From the NCBI GenBank assembly GCA_001782085.1, contig MFNM01000014.1:1-53883 (forward strand): a DNA stretch of 53,883 nt. Reading direction: 5' to 3'. Below, one piece after another: positions 46,575 to 53,883 of the stretch; positions within the stretch are counted from its first letter, which is position 1, and every line of letters begins with the position of its first letter. Both the position numbers and the translations under genes were made by a program. The stretch is from Candidatus Levybacteria bacterium RIFCSPHIGHO2_01_FULL_37_33. Lineage in GTDB: Bacteria; Patescibacteriota; Microgenomatia; Levybacterales; UBA12049. The notes beneath the pieces are model-generated. The model was not told where the DNA came from. It saw only the letters and a program-made list of their open reading frames with translations, and did no database searches.

Positions 46575-47381
46575 TTAGATACTTGACCCGCTTGGAGAGC
46601 TAATAGACGGTTGTATTACTGGCGTTGCCGGCTGACTTACCACTGGTACGCTTGGAGTTGGAGAAAGCGGCGGATTTATAACTGGAAGGTTTTTTGATGA
46701 ATTTTTTGGAAAAGGTTTTATTATCACAAGGATTATAAGAATAAAAAGTAGTATTACAAAAACAATTATCAGCACATACATTCTGATATTTTGTTTTTTT
46801 AAACCAGATTTTTCTTTTGTATTCTGATTGCTAAGTTCACCAGCATTTACCATACCATATTGCTTAAGAGAGTATATCTTATTTGCGATAAAGGCTAAAT
46901 CTATATTCATTGATAACTCTGCGACTGTTTCCGCAAGTACTGTAGATGGAATGATTCCAAGGACTGAAAAATTTTTCTTTGCAAAAATATTTTTTATTGA
47001 TTCATATATTTCTTGATTAATTGCGACAACCTTTGTCTTTTTATTTAATTTATAAATTTTACTCAACATTTCTTCAAATGGGATCATATTGATGAATTTT
47101 TGAATTTCTTCATTTTTATTTCCTGGAGTATCGTCCGGAAAATCTTTCTCAATGGTAACATTTGGAGCATAGATAAAAATAATATTTCCTTTTTCCAATT
47201 TGTTAGTTTCAAGAAAGGATTCGATAAGATGTTCTAGTTTTTCCCTACCGGTAAGTTCTTGATCGGAGATAATATCAGGCGGAAAATCCATTTTGAGCAT
47301 TGAACCATCAACATCCTGATAGAACAATGCTTTGTTCTTATCGATATAACAAACTATTGTATGTTTTTGGGAAAAATCCAT
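46575..47381 (-). CDS. pilus-operon membrane protein, paralog of 3922-5016 without LytR_C
   Basis: Shared pattern F.P..I...E, KG.IIF, E...F....P, K...VA.N...YE.I, ...GIIP; C-terminal TM and Pro/Ser tail. Confidence 0.7.
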   Translation of the reverse strand: MDFSQKHTIVCYIDKNKALFYQDVDGSMLKMDFPPDIISDQELTGREKLEHLIESFLETNKLEKGNIIFIYAPNVTIEKDFPDDTPGNKNEEIQKFINMIPFEEMLSKIYKLNKKTKVVAINQEIYESIKNIFAKKNFSVLGIIPSTVLAETVAELSMNIDLAFIANKIYSLKQYGMVNAGELSNQNTKEKSGLKKQNIRMYVLIIVFVILLFILIILVIIKPFPKNSSKNLPVINPPLSPTPSVPVVSQPATPVIQPSISSPSGSSI

Positions 47382-47383
47382 TA

Positions 47384-47788
47384 TTAAATTTCCCTCCACG
47401 AAACTATTTTTAGTGCGCCATTATTGTTGACTGTTTGAACTTGAATTTTTTTAACAGTACTTCCATAGGTTCCTGTTGCCGTAATGATTCCATTGCCCAC
47501 CTGTACCACGGCGTTGCCTCCCCCTACAGTAAGTACCCCCCCAGCGTAACTGGGATTACGATTTAACCGAAGCAGAGCTTCTTCGATACTGCTCTCAGCT
47601 ACATAGTAAGCATTCGCTCCTTGCTCTGCGGTACTAGCAGATAGGATATTTGTAAAAAGTACAATTGCTTCTGCCGATATAATTGTTACACCAATAATGA
47701 CAAAAAACAACATTGTTATAAAAATTTGCCCTTTTTGATCCCGATTTAATCGGGATTGATAAAGCGATATTTTTGATCGATGGTTCAT
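47384..47788 (-). CDS. PilX-like minor pilin
   Basis: KG|QIFITMLFF, AYYVAESSIEEALLRL, ITATG, SWRE. Confidence 0.8.
   Translation of the reverse strand: MNHRSKISLYQSRLNRDQKGQIFITMLFFVIIGVTIISAEAIVLFTNILSASTAEQGANAYYVAESSIEEALLRLNRNPSYAGGVLTVGGGNAVVQVGNGIITATGTYGSTVKKIQVQTVNNNGALKIVSWREI
47738..47756. repeat. palindrome ATCCCGATT-T-AATCGGGAT in the prepilin leader
   Basis: Perfect 9-bp arms; same TCCCGA..TCGGGA core as 30466-30481. Confidence 0.75.
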
Positions 47789-47791
47789 AGT

Positions 47792-48331
47792 CTATTGCTT
47801 AGGTCGTATCCCAATCGTCGTTTTAAAATTTTCTGCATTTGGTCCTCCTCTTCTTATTATATTGCTTGTGAGCCTAAAAGAAATGGTTAGCGTATCGGTG
47901 TTCTTTCCTTGTGTATCGCTTAACCTGGTAAAATTGAGGTTGGAAAGAGCAGTATCTAGGCTGTTAAGCTGACCGGTTGTTGACGCAACATCATTTGTGA
48001 GAGTTAGGTTCCCATCTACTAAAGAATATGTATGTGCAGCATTATCTATAAAAAGCTTTGCTGTTATTCCTTGTTCACCTGGGGAAGATGGAGTTATAAT
48101 GCTTTTTGCCCGTTCTATGTCATATCTAAAACGGTTAAGGATATACTGCCCATCTTGGAAAACAGACGAGCTGCTTTGCGACTGACTTTGCGTATCAATG
48201 ATCGAAGTAAAAAGTTGAAAAAGCGTTACAACCAGAATAGAAAATATTCCCATATACAACAAAAGCTCTACGAGGGTAAAACCTTTGGTTGATTTGAAAT
48301 TTGAAATTTTAAATTTGAAATTTATTATCAT
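47792..48331 (-). CDS. PilW-like minor pilin
   Basis: KG|FTLVELLLYMGI, ILNRFRYDI; heptamer leader (ATTTGAA x4, one degenerate, 48292-48323). Confidence 0.85.
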   Translation of the reverse strand: MIINFKFKISNFKSTKGFTLVELLLYMGIFSILVVTLFQLFTSIIDTQSQSQSSSSVFQDGQYILNRFRYDIERAKSIITPSSPGEQGITAKLFIDNAAHTYSLVDGNLTLTNDVASTTGQLNSLDTALSNLNFTRLSDTQGKNTDTLTISFRLTSNIIRRGGPNAENFKTTIGIRPKQ

Positions 48332-50217
48332 GGTGAGTAATTAATGGTTATATCCGATAAAATTGGCATTTGAGTAATGTCAGAAGTTGAAAGTGTAACT
48401 TTATACCTTAGACACCTTCCAGGATTCTGGTACGAAGGATTTACTGTCGTTGAAGGAAGAGCAGAGCTTGTTGCAAATGGCCCTGCATAAGAAAAAATTG
48501 CGTCCGAACAGCTATTGTTCACGGCAGCTGCCACTGCTACTTCATACTGCATTGACGTTGGGGGTGGAATAATGTGGTTAACAGTAAAGCTATTAAAATA
48601 GGCATCACTTCCTGCATCGAAAATCGGGGAAGTATATGTTCCGCTTGTTGCAAATTGCGCTCCTTCTATAATTTTAAGCTCAGCTTGCGCATCACCAGTA
48701 ATAATATAGGAATAGGTATCCCCATCCTGTTCAAGAACGGATGAAATACCGTTTACTCCGCTTTCTATATTTAAACCTCCGCAGCGAGTGGGGCTTGTCT
48801 CATTTGAAATATTGATGACTTGGTATTCCTCCCCACCTATTCCTACAAGAAGTGCTTTGTTCCCTGGAACAACAGTGACACCTTTTGGGTTCATGCCGTT
48901 TGCTTCATATGATCCAACAGTTGGCCTGTTTCCTGTTTTTGTCGAAACGTCTATTATAAAAAATTCTTTTTGCGAAGAAGAGGACTCGGTTGCAAGATAT
49001 ACCCGTGTTCCTGTTGAATTTACAAACACATCAGATGCTTCGTGTCCGTTAACATCCGCTTGTCCAACTATCGTTAAAGCTCTTCCTCCACTACCGACTT
49101 GAATAACCTGAAGTTCCAGTGTTCCTTCTGATATTGCAACATAAGCATAGCTTCCCACAACATAAACTTTTTTCCCGGTGCCGGCAAGCGTAACGCTTCC
49201 AAGTTGGGGTCGGGAACCGAACTTGCTTGACAGATCAAAAGTATATAACTGGTTACCATCAGTCATATATCCAATGTCGCCTAGAACAAAGACACTATTC
49301 CCAGTGCCATTTCCAGGAGCGTTGAAGTATCCTGCCTCCGAGTATTTACCATTTGTCGTGTGTGTTATATCAACAATTTCAATCTCCTTTGAATTGTTAT
49401 CAGTCGCAAGATATGCATAATCTGCTTCTCCAAATATCCCGTCATTAGTTTTAAACCCATCAAAAGTTCCCGAAATTATTGCGACAGGAGGATGGGTATT
49501 GCTTATTGTAACGCTGGCATAAGAAATGCCCGAGGAATTATCGCCCGTTCCGGCAAATGCTTTGCCTTCGATTGCAAATATTGCATTTGAAACCCCATTT
49601 TTTGGAAGATCAAGGGAGGCAATTGATAAATTTGGCAAGCACCAATCACCCCCGCCTCCAGCACCAAGCTGTACCTGTCCATCATTAGGAACAGAACTTC
49701 CAGTTGTTGCCGACACTGTCGCTCCCTGAACAGTTCCTGAGAAATCTGCAATTGTGGTATCTGTACGAACAGCATTATTATGCCGGGTGAGGTATGATTT
49801 TGCACTTACAGAGTTAGGGAAAGGTGAGTTCCACAAAACAGAAATGGTGAGAAGTTTGGTAGAGGGATCCAACGTTCCGCTTTGTGCAATATCTCCATTA
49901 CTGTCTCTTTTGACATCCTCAATAATTATTGATCGGGTAAAATTACCATCGATAAGCTCTGGTGCGCTCGTTAAGATCCACGTACTGCCTGAAACAATCG
50001 GATGATATGTTCCCGCAGAAAGATTGGACCAACCGTTTGCCCGTATAACTCGGATTGCTTCTTGTGCTTCATTTAAATATGCGCTTGCTTGTTGTCTTTG
50101 ATCTCTTACTGTCCTATTGTTTCGGGTTGAGACAAATCCGGTCAAAAGCGCCGGAAAAAAAATTGAAACCAAGGCAATAGTTAAAAGCAGCTCGATAAGA
50201 GATTGACCTTTTTGCAT
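48328..50217 (-). CDS. PilV-like pilin with large C-terminal LVIVD-like repeat domain (putative tip adhesin)
   Basis: KG|QSLIELLL, EAQEAIRVI, FTRSIII, DPSTK; repeats such as VYVVGSYAYVA and DVFVNSTGTRVYLAT; terminal SGTYTSPIFD...LRYKVTL...PILSDITINY. Confidence 0.8.
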   Translation of the reverse strand: MQKGQSLIELLLTIALVSIFFPALLTGFVSTRNNRTVRDQRQQASAYLNEAQEAIRVIRANGWSNLSAGTYHPIVSGSTWILTSAPELIDGNFTRSIIIEDVKRDSNGDIAQSGTLDPSTKLLTISVLWNSPFPNSVSAKSYLTRHNNAVRTDTTIADFSGTVQGATVSATTGSSVPNDGQVQLGAGGGGDWCLPNLSIASLDLPKNGVSNAIFAIEGKAFAGTGDNSSGISYASVTISNTHPPVAIISGTFDGFKTNDGIFGEADYAYLATDNNSKEIEIVDITHTTNGKYSEAGYFNAPGNGTGNSVFVLGDIGYMTDGNQLYTFDLSSKFGSRPQLGSVTLAGTGKKVYVVGSYAYVAISEGTLELQVIQVGSGGRALTIVGQADVNGHEASDVFVNSTGTRVYLATESSSSQKEFFIIDVSTKTGNRPTVGSYEANGMNPKGVTVVPGNKALLVGIGGEEYQVINISNETSPTRCGGLNIESGVNGISSVLEQDGDTYSYIITGDAQAELKIIEGAQFATSGTYTSPIFDAGSDAYFNSFTVNHIIPPPTSMQYEVAVAAAVNNSCSDAIFSYAGPFATSSALPSTTVNPSYQNPGRCLRYKVTLSTSDITQMPILSDITINYSP

Positions 50218-50219
50218 TG

Positions 50220-50711
50220 TTAATTTATTTTCGTTATTACACCATATCGATTAACAGTAACTGTTTTTTTACCAAGTCCTTGGATGTTTTGAATGACTAT
50301 AGTATTCATGCCATCTGTAAATCCATTTAACTCTCCTGACTGATGAGAAAAAACGAGTGAATTGTCGGGGAATGTGCTATTGACAAACTCGAGATTGGAG
50401 CCTGGCATAATGGTAAAATTTGAAGAATTTGTGCTTGAATAAGTTATGCCGGTAAACAAAATATACCTATCAGACTGAAAATATATACCATAGCTTTCTC
50501 CTGTTCCACTATTGCCGGCACCAGCCATTGCTTTTGTTTGCTGACTTTTTATGTCTGAAACCAATGTATCAATCGCTGAATTTATTGAAGTTATTTTTTG
50601 GACATTCGCCAAATTAAATGTAACAAATCCAAATAAAAGAGCTATAATGCCAAAAACAATGCCTAGCTCAACAAGTGTAAACCCGCGTTCGGAATTGAAA
50701 ATTCTCTTCAT
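50220..50711 (-). CDS. FimT/FimU-like minor pilin
   Basis: RG|FTLVELGIV, DIKSQQTKAM, YGIYF, VTVNRYG. Confidence 0.85.
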   Translation of the reverse strand: MKRIFNSERGFTLVELGIVFGIIALLFGFVTFNLANVQKITSINSAIDTLVSDIKSQQTKAMAGAGNSGTGESYGIYFQSDRYILFTGITYSSTNSSNFTIMPGSNLEFVNSTFPDNSLVFSHQSGELNGFTDGMNTIVIQNIQGLGKKTVTVNRYGVITKIN

Positions 50712-50713
50712 GA

Positions 50714-51766
50714 CTATGTTCCGCCAATATTACTAACCAATCCATAAATAGGAGCAATAATTGATATCATCATTCCTCCTACTAAGATAGACATAAATAT
50801 AAGCATAAGAGGTTCTAGTAAGGTAATTGATGTTTTAAGCATTCTGGAAACCTGGTAATCCATATAGGTTGATATGTCTCCCATCGACTTATCAAGTGTT
50901 CCCGTTTTCTCACCGGCTTCTACAATCTTAATCATAGTCCCTGAGAAAATATCTTTCCTTTCCTTAAGTGCTTGAGAAAGTCTTCGTCCCCCAAGAACAC
51001 TTTCTTGAGCATATTCTATGGATTTGGCAATATCTTGACGTATCACAACATCTTTTGCCAGCTGCAGAGCTGATGTTATGATAACGCCGGAGTTAAGTAA
51101 AAGATACATGCTCCTGAAGAATCGCGTCAAATCGACCCCCTTAATAATTATTGAGACAAAAGGAAGCGAATATAGCAAATGAAGGATAAACTTCCTTTGG
51201 AATCTGAACAAAAAATAGATGCCAAAACCTATACCAAGAAGTATAATCAAAAGTGGAAATGAATTATGCAAAATTGCATTTGAGGCAAAAATGAGAACAC
51301 GTGTTGGAAGCGGCAAGTCAGCACGCAGCTGTAAAAACACCGTAGAAATTTTTGGAATCACCACAACGAGGATTACCAGAAGCACTGCTAAAAAAACAAT
51401 AAGGACGATAAAAGGATACATTAACGCAGATTTCACCCCATCTGTAAATTCCATATCTTTCTGGATTTGATCTCTTAAATCCTTTAATACAATATTGAGT
51501 GTCCCTGCTTCTTCAGAGGCTTTAATAATATTTACAGACACCTTATCAAAAACTAATGGAAATCTAGAAAAACATACATGGAGAGGTTTTCCTTCAATTA
51601 GATCTTCCTCTATGGACATAAGGATTTTTTTCGTATTCCCTTTTGCATCCTCAAGAAGAGAGTCTACAGTTTCAAGAATTGGAATACCCGCATTTATCAT
51701 GGTAGAAAATGTGCCTATCATAGTTAATGTGTCATTGTTAGACAATCTAATATATTCAGTTTTCAT
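50714..51766 (-). CDS. pilC: type IV pilus platform protein (PilC/GspF)
   Basis: NAGIPI, ASEEAGTL, ALMYP, LPLPTRVLI, AGEKTGTLD, LLEP. Confidence 0.92.
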   Translation of the reverse strand: MKTEYIRLSNNDTLTMIGTFSTMINAGIPILETVDSLLEDAKGNTKKILMSIEEDLIEGKPLHVCFSRFPLVFDKVSVNIIKASEEAGTLNIVLKDLRDQIQKDMEFTDGVKSALMYPFIVLIVFLAVLLVILVVVIPKISTVFLQLRADLPLPTRVLIFASNAILHNSFPLLIILLGIGFGIYFLFRFQRKFILHLLYSLPFVSIIIKGVDLTRFFRSMYLLLNSGVIITSALQLAKDVVIRQDIAKSIEYAQESVLGGRRLSQALKERKDIFSGTMIKIVEAGEKTGTLDKSMGDISTYMDYQVSRMLKTSITLLEPLMLIFMSILVGGMMISIIAPIYGLVSNIGGT

Positions 51767-53442
51767 AGTGCCCCAACATTGGTGACTCGAAGTACTTCTT
51801 CAAATGTTGTTATTCCTTTTATAATCTTATCCAAGCCATCGTCAAGCATTGCGGTCATTCCTTCTTCAATGGCTCTTTGAGCAATAATATTGGAATCATT
51901 TTTTTCGGTGATAAGTTTCCGAATTTTATCTGTAATTTCAAGTACTTCAAAAATGCCAATTCTGCCCGAATAACCGGTAAAATGGCAGACCTTACATCCT
52001 CCCCCTTTACATATGTCAATATCTTCTGTCATGGGAAAATGTTTGTTAATCAAATCTTGCGAAATATTTTTTTCTATATCGGATCGTTTTAGCGTAATCT
52101 GTATTTTGCATGATTCGCAAATTTTTCGGACAAGTCTTTGGGCAATAATAATACTGACTGTTGAGGCAACAAGAAATGGCTCAACTTTCATATCAATTAG
52201 GCGAGGAAGCGCAGTTGCCGCGTCATTAGTATGTAGGGTTGAAACGACCAAATGACCGGTTAAGGCAGCATTCACAGCAATGCCCGCAGTTTCGCTGTCT
52301 CTAATTTCTCCAACAAAGATAATGTTTGGGTCTTGGCGCAAGATACTCCTTAAGCCGTCTGCAAATGTGAGATTTGTTTTTACATTGGCTTGAATTTGAT
52401 TTACTCTCTGAATCTTATACTCAACAGGATCTTCAATGGTGGTTATATTCTTTTCCCGTGTGTTTAAGATTTTAAGGAGCGCATAAATAGTGGTTGTTTT
52501 GCCGCTTCCAGTTGGGCCTGTTGATAAAATCATACCATTTGATTTATCTATTGCGCTGGTAACTTTTTTTAAATCTCGCTCATTCATGCCTAGGTCAAGG
52601 AGAGAAAATTGGCGATAATGAGAAGACAGAAGACGCAGCACTGCATTTTCCCCTTCTATTAATGGAATAATAGAAACACGCAAATCTAAATTATCCTCAT
52701 CGACAACGAGTCTAATCTTTCCATCCTGTGCGCTTAAATGTTCATCTGTTCTAAGTCTTGAAAGTATTTTAATGCGAGTTAAAATTCTATCATGTAATTT
52801 TTTATCTAAATATAGTACATCATGTAAAATACCATCTATCCTAAAACGAATCAATAAATCTTTTTCCTCCGGCTCAATGTGAATGTCAGATGCTTTGTCC
52901 CGGTATGCATATGTAATAAGAAGATCAACAATTTTTGCAATCGGCGCATCCCCGACATCACTGGCATTTTTACTAATCTCACTTTGAAGCAATTCGTCAA
53001 ATGATTTTTTCAAGTCTTTTCTGTATACCGCAAGTGTGTTCTGAATATCTCTTTCTGTTGCCAAGTATGGGGCTACTCTTTGTCCAGTTTTTTTAATAAT
53101 CATTTCCTGAAAATGCATGTCCGTGGGGTCTGACATAGCCAGTTTTATTCCGTCTGTGTCACGGGCAAAAGCAATGACTTTATATTTTCTAGCAAGTCTT
53201 TCCGGTACAATACGAAAAAGACTTTCAGGAATAGTAGTTTTTGATAGCGAAATGAATGGAAATTTTATATGAGCAGAAATTAAGAGGCCTAATCTCTCAT
53301 CGGTAATGACATCTTTTTCAATTGCTGCATCTTGCAATGAAATTCGAGCGTCCTTTGTAAAAGTTACTAAATCATCAAGGGTTTTCTGATCAGTACCCGC
53401 TCGAAAAAGAATAGTTTGTATTTGTTCATCGGGCAGGAGCAT
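51763..53442 (-). CDS. pilB: type IV pilus assembly ATPase (PilB/GspE)
   Basis: ASDIHIEP, GPTGSGKTTT, LRQDPNIIFVGEIRD, tetracysteine motif, GYSGRIGIFE; 559 aa like the first copy. Confidence 0.95.
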   Translation of the reverse strand: MLLPDEQIQTILFRAGTDQKTLDDLVTFTKDARISLQDAAIEKDVITDERLGLLISAHIKFPFISLSKTTIPESLFRIVPERLARKYKVIAFARDTDGIKLAMSDPTDMHFQEMIIKKTGQRVAPYLATERDIQNTLAVYRKDLKKSFDELLQSEISKNASDVGDAPIAKIVDLLITYAYRDKASDIHIEPEEKDLLIRFRIDGILHDVLYLDKKLHDRILTRIKILSRLRTDEHLSAQDGKIRLVVDEDNLDLRVSIIPLIEGENAVLRLLSSHYRQFSLLDLGMNERDLKKVTSAIDKSNGMILSTGPTGSGKTTTIYALLKILNTREKNITTIEDPVEYKIQRVNQIQANVKTNLTFADGLRSILRQDPNIIFVGEIRDSETAGIAVNAALTGHLVVSTLHTNDAATALPRLIDMKVEPFLVASTVSIIIAQRLVRKICESCKIQITLKRSDIEKNISQDLINKHFPMTEDIDICKGGGCKVCHFTGYSGRIGIFEVLEITDKIRKLITEKNDSNIIAQRAIEEGMTAMLDDGLDKIIKGITTFEEVLRVTNVGAL

Positions 53443-53524
53443 ATTATATTTATACTAACATATATTACCTCTGAGTCAAATGTACGGAGTATTCCAATGT
53501 TTTGGTGCAGATTAAATAGCTTGC

Positions 53525-53568
53525 ACTGAGCTCTCGGTCTGAGCTCGGGCACAAGGCTTGCCGAAGTG
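53525..53568. repeat. nested REP-like palindromes
   Basis: CACTGAG[CTCTCGGTCTGAGCTCGGGCACAAGG]CTTGCCGAAGTG. Confidence 0.65.
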
Positions 53569-53693
53569 TGATCCGCTTAGTACCTTAAACAGACTGCGGG
53601 AGTTCTCTAAATTATTCCTATCTGACGGTCTAAATTCAGAGTTTGCCTATACATTTGGCCTGAAAAATGCATAGCAAAGTACAATAACAATTT

Positions 53694-53882
53694 TTAATAG
53701 CTGAGCACTTGCAAATTTGGAACTTTATCAAATCCCTTTTTATCTTTTGTGATAATCGTTTTTAGATTAAGGTCTTGCATATAAGCTAAATGGAAAGCAT
53801 CACGAGGATGAAAGTTAAAACTGCCAATATTTTCTACGGTTTGCTTGACGCCAGCTTCAAAATTATTCTCAAATTGAACTAT
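53694..53882 (-). CDS. PIN/VapC domain protein, C-terminal part (start outside the window)
   Basis: Manual translation ...FHPRDAFHLAYMQDLNLKTIITKDKKGFDKVPNLQVLSY*. Confidence 0.8.
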   Translation of the reverse strand: MVQFENNFEAGVKQTVENIGSFNFHPRDAFHLAYMQDLNLKTIITKDKKGFDKVPNLQVLSY

Positions 53883-53883
53883 T

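Noticed and set aside
53570..53660. c-di-GMP-I riboswitch upstream of pilB (minus-strand GGCAAAC)
   Set aside because: The GAAA tetraloop stem and downstream GCAAAG/receptor elements are not evident; an Rfam covariance search would settle it.

Overview
Low-GC bacterial chromosome segment using the standard genetic code. Gene content, leaderless-type promoters and pilin/repeat style suggest a Patescibacteria (CPR) genome, probably Microgenomates (inference, no marker gene in the window). It holds two syntenic paralogous type IV pilus operons (about 3.9-14.2 kb and 46.0-53.4 kb), a histidine kinase with three stand-alone receivers, and GH18, CE4 and GT4 enzymes. It also holds dinB, uvrA, uvrC, rnhB, glgA, yvcK, secG, a MacAB-like exporter, a toxin-antitoxin pair and four tRNAs. 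The most unusual layer is a dense set of very small mobile or repetitive DNA. Two REP-associated tyrosine transposases each have their own flanking palindromes, and one family is also inserted inside the rnhB coding sequence. Two small GIY-YIG genes are physically tied to tRNAs: one through a twin-hairpin element that repeats the tRNA 3' end and recurs gene-less behind another tRNA-Arg, the other through a pseudo-tRNA leader and a stop codon inside tRNA-Lys. Nested codon-length palindromes sit inside proteins, repeats accumulate in prepilin leaders, and two gene cassettes are bounded by duplicated host sequence (an rnhB 3' end and a 44-bp promoter). All calls are by eye from sequence motifs; no searches were run.
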